Of a stretch of 64,000 nt of DNA, positions 28,727 to 38,356 are shown piece by piece; the stretch's first letter is position 1, and every line of letters begins with the position of its first letter. The notes under the pieces were generated by a model. It was not told the DNA's origin and did no database searches. It was given only the letters and a program-made list of their open reading frames with translations. Made by a program: the position numbers and the translations under genes. Source of the stretch: an uncultured Gammaproteobacteria bacterium (GTDB taxonomy: Bacteria > Patescibacteriota > Patescibacteriia > UBA9570); the NCBI GenBank assembly GCA_964385285.1, contig CAYLOJ010000001.1:88537-152536 (forward strand), written 5' to 3'.

Positions 28727-29815
28727 ATGAATCGTTTACTTCGCTGGAAGCCGCTTGATTGGTGGCTGATTGGTGCCGTATTGCTACTGATGACGGTCAG
28801 CAGTGTCATTTTGTTTAGTTTAAATGCCCAAGCTGAGAGTTTATCCGCTCGTTTTGAAAAACAATTGGCGTTCATCACGCTGAGTATTATCACTCTGTTC
28901 GTGGTGAGTCAGATTAACTATCGGCGTTTTTTGCAATACGCTTATATCATCTACATGCTTGGACTCGTCGTCCTGGTTGCAGTGCTTTTTCTAGGCACCA
29001 CAGTCAATGGCACGACGGGTTGGTTTCAATTTGCTGGCATCAGCATTCAACCTGTAGAGTTCGCTAAAATTGCATTTATATTAGCGGCGGCACGATTTTT
29101 AGCTGACCGCAGTTTCGAGATGGAAAAGTGGGGGACAGTGATGCGCTATGGGCTTCTACTGCTGCTCTATCTCGGACTTGTCCTAGTTCAGCCGGATCTC
29201 GGTTCAGCGGTGATTCTAGGAGGTATCGCCGTTGTCATGGGCCTGGCCACATCCATTCGACCACGCCAATTAGCACTGATTGGCATTGTGGCGGTCGCAC
29301 TCGGGATTATCTCCTGGTTTACCGTTCTAGATACCTATCAACAAAACCGTTTACTAACCTTTGTCGATCCACAGCGCGATCCTATGCGCTCTGGTTACAA
29401 CGTCACTCAGGCTGTCATTTCTGTTGGATCCGGTGAATGGTTTGGCCGTGGGCTTGGTCTTGGACCACAAAGTCAATTGCGATTCTTGCCTGAGCGCGAA
29501 ACAGATTTTATTTTTGCGGTGATCGGTGAAGAACTGGGATTCGTAGGGGCAGGGACGGTGATTAGCGTCTTTGCATTGATCATTTGGCGTCTGTGGAGAC
29601 TAAGCCGCTCACTCAGCGACGATACGGCCCGATATGTGGTCGTTGGATATTGCGCATTGCTCTTTGGCCAGGTGATGATCAACATTGGTATGAACATTGG
29701 TATCATGCCTGTCACTGGTATTCCACTGCCATTTGTGAGCGCGGGTGGCAGCTCACTATTGGCGATGGCCCTAGGTCTAGGAATGGTGATTAATGCCTTG
29801 TCTGCCCGTAAATAG
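28727..29815 (+). CDS. SEDS-family peptidoglycan glycosyltransferase (RodA/FtsW)
   Basis: Ten-transmembrane topology and conserved blocks (PVEFAKIAFIL, ETDFIFAVIGEELGFVG, LPFVSAGGSS). Confidence 0.8.
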   Translation: MNRLLRWKPLDWWLIGAVLLLMTVSSVILFSLNAQAESLSARFEKQLAFITLSIITLFVVSQINYRRFLQYAYIIYMLGLVVLVAVLFLGTTVNGTTGWFQFAGISIQPVEFAKIAFILAAARFLADRSFEMEKWGTVMRYGLLLLLYLGLVLVQPDLGSAVILGGIAVVMGLATSIRPRQLALIGIVAVALGIISWFTVLDTYQQNRLLTFVDPQRDPMRSGYNVTQAVISVGSGEWFGRGLGLGPQSQLRFLPERETDFIFAVIGEELGFVGAGTVISVFALIIWRLWRLSRSLSDDTARYVVVGYCALLFGQVMINIGMNIGIMPVTGIPLPFVSAGGSSLLAMALGLGMVINALSARK

Positions 29816-29820
29816 TATAA

Positions 29821-29849
29821 TTGACAATCCGTCGTTTTTTTTGTATTCT
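29821..29849 (+). promoter_or_regulatory. Sigma70-type promoter, leaderless-type
   Basis: TTGACA (29821-29826), a 17-bp spacer, TATTCT (29844-29849), then 9 nt to the ATG at 29859. Confidence 0.4.
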
Positions 29850-29858
29850 AGCTGAGCT

Positions 29859-30224
29859 ATGTCTAGCCAACATCTAACCCCATCATTAAAGCAAGAAGCG
29901 CTCCAAAAACTGCTCTCTGTTTGCCCGCATTGTCGAGCAAAATACGAGCAATTGGATACAGCGATCATTACTGAGAGTAAAGACGCTGAATTAGTGCATG
30001 TAAAGTGCCGCTCTTGCCAGGGTTCCTTAGTTGCTCTATTATTTAGCACCGGACCATTAATTAGCTCAATTGGGCTAGTTACGGACCTTTCCCAAGAGGA
30101 TGTTGTGCGTTTTCAGCAAGCCAAAGAGGTTTCAGAGGATGACCTATTGGCCTGCCACGAGTGGCTGCGACAACCCAGGGTGGTGGCTGATATGATTAAT
30201 TATCGAGCCAATCAGAAAAAGTAA
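29859..30224 (+). CDS. Zinc-ribbon hypothetical protein
   Basis: CPHCRAKY...VKCRSCQGS gives CxxC-(N)-CxxC. 121 aa. Confidence 0.4.
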   Translation: MSSQHLTPSLKQEALQKLLSVCPHCRAKYEQLDTAIITESKDAELVHVKCRSCQGSLVALLFSTGPLISSIGLVTDLSQEDVVRFQQAKEVSEDDLLACHEWLRQPRVVADMINYRANQKK

Positions 30225-30238
30225 ATAACTTAACTTTA

Positions 30239-30934
30239 TTGTATTGTATGGTGCAGAATCAGAATCTTTCACTACAAGCTACAACCCGTAGCATTACCGG
30301 CAAGAAGGTCGCTTCGTTACGCAAAGAAGGGATCACTCCGGGCGTCGTTTATGGACACGGCATCAACACTACTAGTATTCAAATGAACCAGGCCGCATTA
30401 GACAAAATCTATGCGCAAGCTGGCCGCGGTAGTTTGATCGATTTGAGTATTGATGAAAAAGCAGCAGTGCCAGTGGTAATCGAATCTATCTCCTACAACC
30501 GTCTGACCGACGTCGTTGAACACGTGGATTTCCATGCCGTACGCATGGATCAAGAAATCACATCACAGGTAGCCTTAATCTTTACAGGTGAGTCTGCTGC
30601 TGTGAAATCACTTGGCGGAACCTTTGTAAAAAACAAAGATCACATTACTATAAAATGTTTACCTAGTAAGTTGATCAAAGAATTGACCATTGATATTAGT
30701 GTCTTGGCAACTTTTGAAGACAATATTAAAATCCGTAGTTTGAAATTGCCAGACGGTATTCAGATTATGGATCAAGCGGATGACATCATCGCGCTCGTAG
30801 CACAACCACGCAGTGATGCTGAACTTGCTGCCTTAAATGAATCCGTCAATGAAGATGTCACCAAAGTTCAGGGCGTCATCAAAGAAACTCCTGCTGCTGA
30901 AGAAAAGGAGAAAGACAAGGCCAAAAAAGCATAG
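30239..30934 (+). CDS. rplY: 50S ribosomal protein L25 / general stress protein Ctc
   Basis: LQATTRSITGKKVASLRKEGITPGVVYGHG is the L25 N-terminal domain. A C-terminal Ctc-type extension with an acidic/K-rich tail follows. Confidence 0.8.
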   Translation: MYCMVQNQNLSLQATTRSITGKKVASLRKEGITPGVVYGHGINTTSIQMNQAALDKIYAQAGRGSLIDLSIDEKAAVPVVIESISYNRLTDVVEHVDFHAVRMDQEITSQVALIFTGESAAVKSLGGTFVKNKDHITIKCLPSKLIKELTIDISVLATFEDNIKIRSLKLPDGIQIMDQADDIIALVAQPRSDAELAALNESVNEDVTKVQGVIKETPAAEEKEKDKAKKA

Positions 30935-30938
30935 TACT

Positions 30939-32066
30939 ATGGACCAGTCTTGGTCAGAAAAAGTGAAAGACGCTTGGTGGGCGGTACGAAGAAATCGTGC
31001 CGCTCGCATTGTAGCTGTTGTCATTGTTTCGTTAGTAGCTGTTTTGAGTATCTTATATGGCGTTTTAGCATATTACGGTCGCTTGCCCGGGAAGCAAAAC
31101 TCATCTGATACATTGACGGACACCTCTAACACCAATACGAATACAACCGTAGATCTCACCGGTACAACCACGCGTCAACTCGACGGTGCGACTGTCGATG
31201 CGGCCGTCAGTAATCGTTTTCCGGTGGCAGTGATGATTGAGAATCTAGTGGATATTCGACCACAAGCCGGTTTAAGCTCTGCAGGGGTTGTTTATGAAGC
31301 CTTAGCAGAAGGCGGCATTACCAGGTTTATGGCTGTCTATGCGACCACGGATTCCATAGAAAATATTGGGCCAGTACGCAGTGCTCGGCATTACTTTGTC
31401 GATTGGGCAGAGGAGTATCATGGAGTTTACGCCTATGTTGGTGGTAGCCCACAGGCGCTTGGTGTAACAGGTTCATCCAATTACATCACGGACTTAAATC
31501 AATTCTATAACTCAGAGTATTTCTATCGGTCGACAGATCGAGAGGCTCCACATAATTTGTTTTCTTCCTCCGAATTATTAGATTACGCATTACGAGACCT
31601 TGAATTAGATGCCAAAGCAGGGGATTACACACCCTATACCTTCAAGACTCCGGCTACTGAGGCTGAACGCCCCGGAGCAGTTGCACCAATCACCATCAAT
31701 TACTCAAACAGTGATTACCAAGTGGAATGGCGATACGATGAAGGCACCAATCAATATTTGCGTTGGAATGGCGGAGAGGAACATACGGATGCAAATACAG
31801 GCAAACAATTAGCCGCCAGTAACGTGCTGATTCAACGCGTCGATACGACAGTACTAGAAGCAGCTACTGGGCGTTTAGATATGGAAACGATTGGCAGTGG
31901 CGAGGCAGTATTATTTCAAGATGGAGCGGCAACCATAGGTAGTTGGAAAAAATCGGATCGTGGTGAGCGAACCTTATTTTACGATGCCACTGGTGTAGAA
32001 TTAACCTTTAACCCTGGGCCGACTTGGATTGAGGTTGTGCCAGTGGAAACAGCAGTTACCTACTAA
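30939..32066 (+). CDS. Membrane-anchored extracytoplasmic protein, paralog A (possibly DUF3048/YerB-like)
   Basis: N-terminal transmembrane anchor. Block FPVAVMIENLVDIRPQAGLSSAGVVYEALAEGGITRFMAVY. Start moved to MDQSW; the ORF track starts at 30837, overlapping rplY. Confidence 0.4.
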   Translation: MDQSWSEKVKDAWWAVRRNRAARIVAVVIVSLVAVLSILYGVLAYYGRLPGKQNSSDTLTDTSNTNTNTTVDLTGTTTRQLDGATVDAAVSNRFPVAVMIENLVDIRPQAGLSSAGVVYEALAEGGITRFMAVYATTDSIENIGPVRSARHYFVDWAEEYHGVYAYVGGSPQALGVTGSSNYITDLNQFYNSEYFYRSTDREAPHNLFSSSELLDYALRDLELDAKAGDYTPYTFKTPATEAERPGAVAPITINYSNSDYQVEWRYDEGTNQYLRWNGGEEHTDANTGKQLAASNVLIQRVDTTVLEAATGRLDMETIGSGEAVLFQDGAATIGSWKKSDRGERTLFYDATGVELTFNPGPTWIEVVPVETAVTY

Positions 32067-32073
32067 AACACAT

Positions 32074-33189
32074 ATGACACTCAATACAAAACTAGGAATT
32101 GTCGCAGGTAGTTTAAGTTTAGCGGCGGCAACGATTTGGGGAGGAATTCTGTGGGCCAGTACTCAGAACGACATTGCACTACAATCACCCAAAGTGATTG
32201 CACAAGTAACTCCAGTTGCGAATACGAATAGTGCTGTAGATCTCGTGACAGATTTAGTCGAACGACGCATCGATGGAACACTTGTTCAGTCTGATCAAGC
32301 GAATCTTTGGCCAATTGCAGTCATGATTGAAAATGCTGCCTTCGGTGGAGTGCGCCCGCAATCCGGACTGAGTTTTGCGCAAGTCGTATACGAATTGCCC
32401 GTAGAAGGGGGTATTACACGATTTTTAGCGGTGTTCGCAGGGGATATGCCAGAAAAAATTGGGCCAGTGCGTAGTGCCAGACCTACTTATCTTGAATTTA
32501 CCGGTGAATTAGACGCCCTCTATGCGCATGCAGGTGGTAGTCCTGAAGCTCTAGCAGCAGTAGATGGACTTGCAGTGCGCGATCTATCTGCTCTGGCAGC
32601 CGATTCTAAATATTTCTTTCGTGATAATACCTTAGTGGCTCCGCACAATCTCTTTACAACACAAGAACTCTTAACCACAGCGCGACGCGACAAGGGTTTG
32701 GCCGAACAATCACCAGCGTATGATCCTTGGCTATTTAAAGATGATGAACCCACGACTGAGACTGTGTCTACGGATCCATTGATCTTCGATTTTGGTTCTG
32801 GCCCCCTCTATCAGATCGTCTATACCTATAACCGCACAACCAATAGCTATGATCGTAAAGATGGTGGCGATGATCATCTCGATGCAGTGACCGGAAAAGT
32901 AATCTCTCCCAAGGTCGTTATTGCCCAGATGATTCCAGCAGGCACACCCACGGGAACTGAAGGACGTATTAATTATGACGTCACGGGTAGTGGATTAGCC
33001 TATATTGCTCAAGATGGTAAAGTGATTGAAGGAATTTGGTCCAAGACGGATCGACAAAGCAGAACCGTATTTCGTGATAGTGAAGGCAATCGAATTGAAT
33101 TTGATCGCGGCTCAATCTGGATTAGTTTAATTCCAGCAACAGGCTCCGTTACGTTGCCAACTGCATTGCCAAATACCACTACGAATTGA
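32074..33189 (+). CDS. Membrane-anchored extracytoplasmic protein, paralog B (possibly DUF3048/YerB-like)
   Basis: Same architecture as paralog A. Conserved block WPIAVMIENAAFGGVRPQSGLSFAQVVYELPVEGGITRFLAVF. Start set at MTLNTK. Confidence 0.4.
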   Translation: MTLNTKLGIVAGSLSLAAATIWGGILWASTQNDIALQSPKVIAQVTPVANTNSAVDLVTDLVERRIDGTLVQSDQANLWPIAVMIENAAFGGVRPQSGLSFAQVVYELPVEGGITRFLAVFAGDMPEKIGPVRSARPTYLEFTGELDALYAHAGGSPEALAAVDGLAVRDLSALAADSKYFFRDNTLVAPHNLFTTQELLTTARRDKGLAEQSPAYDPWLFKDDEPTTETVSTDPLIFDFGSGPLYQIVYTYNRTTNSYDRKDGGDDHLDAVTGKVISPKVVIAQMIPAGTPTGTEGRINYDVTGSGLAYIAQDGKVIEGIWSKTDRQSRTVFRDSEGNRIEFDRGSIWISLIPATGSVTLPTALPNTTTN

Positions 33190-33231
33190 TATACTATACC
33201 GTATAAGTGGACCATTATTAATATTGAAAGC

Positions 33232-33714
33232 ATGAAACTTATTTTCAAATTTGCATTAAGCCTGACAGTCGTAACACTACTAACGACTGGAGCTGGCTGC
33301 ACGAAGCCAAATGACAACGCGAATAGTAATGCAAATGAGACGGTAGTATTGGACGATGAAGCCATTGCCGTAGAAACATCGGATGTATATGGCAAAGACC
33401 TTACTGACGTTACACGCTATCCCGATTCTGTGCGCAGTTACTACTCAAGCAATGAATATGAGACCGATGTCACGTACCAGACCACTGGATCCATCGAGCA
33501 AGTCCGCCAATATTTCAACGATCAACTGACTGCAGCTGGCTGGACGAATTCAGAGGAGGCGACAGACTATATGGAGTATACAAAAGGGGATGATAGCAAC
33601 CCAGAAATCATGACTGTCTATTTTACTGAATACGACGCACAATCCATTTTAGAATACGAATTAGTCTACGAACCTGCCCTGAGTGAAGAGCAGTTAAACG
33701 AGATAGACGAATAA
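33232..33714 (+). CDS. Lipoprotein, hypothetical
   Basis: Signal peptide with lipobox LTTGAGC. Acidic 160-aa product. Confidence 0.45.
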   Translation: MKLIFKFALSLTVVTLLTTGAGCTKPNDNANSNANETVVLDDEAIAVETSDVYGKDLTDVTRYPDSVRSYYSSNEYETDVTYQTTGSIEQVRQYFNDQLTAAGWTNSEEATDYMEYTKGDDSNPEIMTVYFTEYDAQSILEYELVYEPALSEEQLNEIDE

Positions 33715-33732
33715 ACGATAGACCAAACTGAC

Positions 33733-34899
33733 ATGTTAACGCGTGATGCGCTCCGACCAAACTCGTTTTTTGGAGCAGTAGCCCTAATGGTGGGTACGGC
33801 GGTAGGGGCAGGGATTTTTGCATTGCCTTACACATTTGCTAAAGCGGGTACGGTTGTGGGCCTCGGCTATTTAGTGGCACTGGGAGCAATTTTGACCCTC
33901 GTTAATTTAGCCTATGGCGAAGTAGTGTCTGGTACCGAAGGTAATCATCAGTATACTGCCTATGTAGAACGCTATCTCGGGAAAAAATGGAAACGGGTAG
34001 CCCTGCTCTCCATGTGTTTGAGTTTTTATGGCGCCCTCAGTGCCTATACCGTTGAAGTGAGTACGCTACTAGAGAGTCTACTGGGTGAGTGGGTAGCACT
34101 CACACGCGTTCAGTTTGGCTTAATCTATTTTGTTTTAGTATCCAGCGCCTTGTTCATTGGTTTACGCGCAGTGACTGCTGTCGATAAAATTCTAATGATC
34201 GCAATGCTAGGGCTCATCGCCACCTTTGTGATCATTGGTATACCACATGTCCAACTAGCTAATCTAGAAATAGCACATAGTGAGGCATTATTCTTGCCCT
34301 ATGGAGTGGTATTATTCGCACTTACAGCCGCATCTGCTGTACCAGATATGAAGCGGGTGTTGCACGATCAAACTCATCGCCTAAAAAAAGCAATTCTCTA
34401 TGGCTCGCTTATTCCCGTGATCGTCTATGTGGTGTTCACATTAGTGGCTGTCGGAATTACAGGACAGGCTACAACTGAGAGTTCTATTCTTGGCCTAGGT
34501 GAGATACTTGGCCCAACGGCATTAGTCTTAGGAGCAATCTTTGGTTGTATCACCATGACCACCGCCTTCTTAGTGCTAGGGCTAGCATTACGTGAAATGT
34601 ATCAATTTGATATGAAGCTGCACCCCAGCGTATCCTGGTTGTTAGTAGTCGTACCACCACTCCTGACCCTACTGCTCAATTGGCTTAGTTTTGTAGAGAT
34701 TTTAGGAATTTCTGGGGCCATCGTCGGCGGTGTGGACGGAATCTTGATCATGCATATGCATCGTAAATTTAGATTGGCACAGCATCAGCCCTCTGCATTT
34801 ACAGTTAGCCAATCACTGGTGATTCATGCATTAGCGTATTTAGTATTTGCTGGCGGCATTGCCTATGAAACGTGGATCGTTCTTCAACGATTATCATAA
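33733..34899 (+). CDS. Amino-acid permease (APC/HAAAP-like)
   Basis: About 11 transmembrane helices. N-terminal GAGIFALP motif is typical of aromatic/hydroxy amino-acid permeases. Confidence 0.5.
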   Translation: MLTRDALRPNSFFGAVALMVGTAVGAGIFALPYTFAKAGTVVGLGYLVALGAILTLVNLAYGEVVSGTEGNHQYTAYVERYLGKKWKRVALLSMCLSFYGALSAYTVEVSTLLESLLGEWVALTRVQFGLIYFVLVSSALFIGLRAVTAVDKILMIAMLGLIATFVIIGIPHVQLANLEIAHSEALFLPYGVVLFALTAASAVPDMKRVLHDQTHRLKKAILYGSLIPVIVYVVFTLVAVGITGQATTESSILGLGEILGPTALVLGAIFGCITMTTAFLVLGLALREMYQFDMKLHPSVSWLLVVVPPLLTLLLNWLSFVEILGISGAIVGGVDGILIMHMHRKFRLAQHQPSAFTVSQSLVIHALAYLVFAGGIAYETWIVLQRLS

Positions 34900-36361
34900 A
34901 TATCGCTTACTCGAAGCTATTCCAGCATTGCTGTCTTGGGGTACACTCATCGGAGCTGTTGTCTTAACGTTCATTACACCTCTCACCATGGTGTACGTAA
35001 TTATTGCGTACGATTTTTACTGGATGGTTAAAGTGATCTACGTAAGTACATTCATGGTGATCTCTTTCTTCAAATATAAAAAAACCATGCGGACTGATTG
35101 GGTGTCCTTGCTACGTGATCTACCCGCTGCTCAGCACATTCGTCATTTAGTGTTTATTCCCAATGCCTCCGAAAGCCGAACAGTTGTTGAATCTACATTT
35201 AAAGCTCTGGCAAACACTACCTATCCGGCTGAACAAATTTGGATTATTTTTTGTGCCGAAGCCCGCTTCCCATCTAGTATCGAGAATGGGCACGCCATGC
35301 AAGAAAAGTATGGAAATCGATTTGGAGAAATTATTGTTACCACTCATCCCGACCACATCCCAGGTGAAATTGCGGCCAAAGGTGCGAACTTAGCTTACGC
35401 TGGTAAACTCGTCAAAACAATGATTGATGAACGTAGCATTCCCTATGACGAACTCCTCGTGACCGTTCTGGATGTCGACTCGTGTGTAGAGCGACAATAT
35501 TTTGACTATCTAACTTACACTTTTTTAACTCATCCGGATCGTTTACATACGAGTTATCAGCCCATTCCAATGTTTAATAATAACATCTGGGATTCGCCAG
35601 CCATTATGCGCGTGGCTGCCAGTGGAACCACGTTTTGGTCGATGTCTGAACAAGTCCGACCGGAACGTTTGCTGACATTTTCATCACATAGCATGCCTTG
35701 GCAAGCATTGGTAGATGTCGGGTTTTGGCAGGTAGATGTCGTCTCCGATGACTCGCGCATTTTTTTGCAATGTTTTTTGCAGTATGACGGCAACTACAGT
35801 GTAACGCCGTTACACATGCCTATTTACATGGATACGGTATTGTCCGATAACCTAAGAAAGAGTTTGCGCAATCTATTTAAGCAACAACAACGTTGGGGCT
35901 GGGGGAGTGAAAATATACCGTTTATGATCTGGCAATTCCGTAAGGCCAAACAGATTCCATTGCGTGCTCGTTTACACCATATCTTTATTCAATTGGAGGG
36001 GCACTGGTCTTGGGCCACCGCTTCAATTATCATTTTCTTTTTAGGCTACGTTCCACTGCGTCTCGCCACTTGGGAACAGGCGACAGCACAGGTGGCAACC
36101 ATTGCTCCTCGCTTGCTGCAAATCATGCTGACGATCGCTAATGTTGGGTTGATTTTATCAGTCATCCTTGGTACGCTCATCCTACCACGCAGACCAGCCC
36201 ATTACTCAGCCGGGCGCTACCTGTTCATGATTCTGCAATGGCTATTGCTGCCAATCTCCACGATTGCGTTCGGATCGATTCCTGCCCTTAGCGCCCAAAC
36301 TCGATTATTACTAGGCAAATATCTTGGTTTTTATGTCACAGAAAAATCCCGCCGCTCTTAA
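34865..36361 (+). CDS. Membrane-embedded processive family-2 glycosyltransferase (cellulose/chitin-synthase-like)
   Basis: N- and C-terminal transmembrane segments flank a cytoplasmic GT-A domain. DxD (LDVDS) and QQQRWGWG (Q-x-x-R-W) motifs are present. Confidence 0.6.
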   Translation: MKRGSFFNDYHKYRLLEAIPALLSWGTLIGAVVLTFITPLTMVYVIIAYDFYWMVKVIYVSTFMVISFFKYKKTMRTDWVSLLRDLPAAQHIRHLVFIPNASESRTVVESTFKALANTTYPAEQIWIIFCAEARFPSSIENGHAMQEKYGNRFGEIIVTTHPDHIPGEIAAKGANLAYAGKLVKTMIDERSIPYDELLVTVLDVDSCVERQYFDYLTYTFLTHPDRLHTSYQPIPMFNNNIWDSPAIMRVAASGTTFWSMSEQVRPERLLTFSSHSMPWQALVDVGFWQVDVVSDDSRIFLQCFLQYDGNYSVTPLHMPIYMDTVLSDNLRKSLRNLFKQQQRWGWGSENIPFMIWQFRKAKQIPLRARLHHIFIQLEGHWSWATASIIIFFLGYVPLRLATWEQATAQVATIAPRLLQIMLTIANVGLILSVILGTLILPRRPAHYSAGRYLFMILQWLLLPISTIAFGSIPALSAQTRLLLGKYLGFYVTEKSRRS

Positions 36362-37073
36362 GGTGTCAGTGGTCGTTCCGGCCTATAACGAAGAACTAAC
36401 AATCGCGCGCTGTTTACGCAGTCTGATTGAACAATCGTTACCGGCGGATCAATTTGAAATTATTTTGGTCGATAATAATTGCACGGACAACACAGTCAAA
36501 ATTGCTCAAACCTTCGAGCGCGTGACCATTATCAAAGAAACCACACCAGGGGTTAGCGCGGCACGCTCTGCCGGATGGAAAGCGGCACGTGGTAGCATCA
36601 TTGCTTCAACGGATTCCGACTGTGAATTGCCAAAGCATTGGCTAAAGAAAATTGTTGGCTACTTTGATAACCATAGTGAAGTGGTGGCCATTTCCAGTGG
36701 CTATCTATTTTATGATCGCGACTTTTTCGTCAATTGGATCGTGCGTATTTTTGAACGTAGTCTGGTATCATTGTCCTGGTTTTTGGCTGGTGGCGTTATG
36801 GCGATGACGGCGAACAACATGGCTGTGCGACGCTCCGTCTATGAGCAAACCACTGGATTAGATCGTAGTTTGCAATTTGGTGAAGATCTAAATTTAGCCA
36901 AAAAACTCCACCAATTCGGCAGTATCAAATGGTTATTTAATAATCGCGTACGCACCTCTGCACGCCGTTTTCAAGACATGGATCTTTCCTTCGTTCCATA
37001 CTTTCTAAACTTTTTATCGATGTCCGCGCGTGATAAGGTGGTCAGTAACCGCCTAGATAATATCCGCAAATAA
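36333..37073 (+). CDS. Family-2 glycosyltransferase
   Basis: VSVVVPAYNEE...LVDNNCTDNT plus a DxD-type (TDSDCE) motif. Overlaps the previous gene. Confidence 0.7.
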   Translation: MSQKNPAALKVSVVVPAYNEELTIARCLRSLIEQSLPADQFEIILVDNNCTDNTVKIAQTFERVTIIKETTPGVSAARSAGWKAARGSIIASTDSDCELPKHWLKKIVGYFDNHSEVVAISSGYLFYDRDFFVNWIVRIFERSLVSLSWFLAGGVMAMTANNMAVRRSVYEQTTGLDRSLQFGEDLNLAKKLHQFGSIKWLFNNRVRTSARRFQDMDLSFVPYFLNFLSMSARDKVVSNRLDNIRK

Positions 37074-37883
37074 AACTGAAGGATAACCGCGTTTAAAATC
37101 AGCCAAAGCCATCGGTTGTTTTCCTTCCGGTTGAATACGATCAAAATACAGACGATCATTCTCCCAACGTGCATCGGTAATTTTATACCGCTTGCCATCT
37201 TGTTTAAAAAACACACCTGGCCATGGTTGCATTGCGCGATAAGAGTTCCACATGGCTTGATGCGTCATTGTGGGATGCAACTCTCCATCCGCTTTGCGCA
37301 CCATTTTTGAAAGCGTGACACCCTCCGTAGCTTGAGCGATCGGTTGGATATGACCAGCCACATAGCCTGGCAGCGTTTCCATTAAGAGTTCGGCACCGCG
37401 CTCTGCCAAGCGCTGCTCTAAGGTAATATTCGTGTCTTGTAACTGCAATGGGATAGCCTGTTGTTTCAAAATCGGACCCGTATCCATACCAGCATCCAGG
37501 CGCATCACAGTCACTCCGGTCAACGTATCGTTAGCAAGAATGGCAGATCGAATCGGAGAAGGACCACGCCAACGTGGGAGAAGGGAAGGGTGAATATTTA
37601 ACATGCCCAGCGGAAAATGCTGCAATACAGACTGGGTCAAAATGACGCCATAGTAAACAACTACCGCCAAGTCTGCCTCTGGCAGTTGTTCCGTAGTATG
37701 CGTTACGGGTAGCTTAAGTTGTAAGGCGAGTTGTTTAACTGGCGTAGCTTGTAGAAGCTGGCTACGACCAGCTGGACGATCGGGTTGGGTAACCACTTGC
37801 ACTAAATTTTGTCCGTAGTGCTGATACAAGGCACGTAGGGTTGGCAGGGCAAATTCACCACTGCCAAAAAAAATAATTTTCAT
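37053..37883 (-). CDS. fmt: Methionyl-tRNA formyltransferase
   Basis: MKIIFFGSGEFALPTL and the formyltransferase core HPSLLPRWRG. 276 aa, so somewhat short. Confidence 0.85.
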   Translation of the reverse strand: MKIIFFGSGEFALPTLRALYQHYGQNLVQVVTQPDRPAGRSQLLQATPVKQLALQLKLPVTHTTEQLPEADLAVVVYYGVILTQSVLQHFPLGMLNIHPSLLPRWRGPSPIRSAILANDTLTGVTVMRLDAGMDTGPILKQQAIPLQLQDTNITLEQRLAERGAELLMETLPGYVAGHIQPIAQATEGVTLSKMVRKADGELHPTMTHQAMWNSYRAMQPWPGVFFKQDGKRYKITDARWENDRLYFDRIQPEGKQPMALADFKRGYPSVLFADII

Positions 37884-38338
37884 TCCTCAAATTTGTCGAT
37901 AATCAAGGTGCCGCGGAGATGATCAATTTCATGTTGAAATACCTTCGCCAACATGGCCTTAGCCTTAAAGGTATGTTTTTTCCCATCCAGCGTGTAAGCC
38001 TTCACTCGAATTTTTTCCGGACGGCGCACATCTCCAAATAACTTAGGGCAGGATAAACAACCTTCTTCCATTAAATGCGTGGCTTTAGAGCTATAGATAA
38101 TCTCTGGATTCGCTAGCATCAGATGGTAGGGAGTTTCAGCAACGTCCTTGTGAATGACAAACAGATTAATATTCTCGCCAATCTGCACTGCGGCCAAACC
38201 AATTCCATTAGCCGCCTCCATCGTCTCCGCCATGTCATTGGCTAGCGATTGATAGTTACTCAAATCCGCCAATGGTAAATCCACTGAGGGTGTGTGCAAC
38301 TTAGGATTAGGTTGGATTGTTAACGGTAGAACGCTCAT
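37880..38338 (-). CDS. def: Peptide deformylase
   Basis: Motifs GIGLAAVQIG, EGCLS and QHEIDHL. Confidence 0.85.
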   Translation of the reverse strand: MSVLPLTIQPNPKLHTPSVDLPLADLSNYQSLANDMAETMEAANGIGLAAVQIGENINLFVIHKDVAETPYHLMLANPEIIYSSKATHLMEEGCLSCPKLFGDVRRPEKIRVKAYTLDGKKHTFKAKAMLAKVFQHEIDHLRGTLIIDKFEE

Positions 38339-38356
38339 TATAGCTAGACTAACATG

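Noticed and set aside
34847-34899. Apparent 53-bp overlap between the permease and the processive GT2 gene
   Set aside because: This is probably an artefact of the longest-ORF convention. An internal Met at 34865 gives a shorter overlap, so it was not treated as a programmed frameshift or a fusion.
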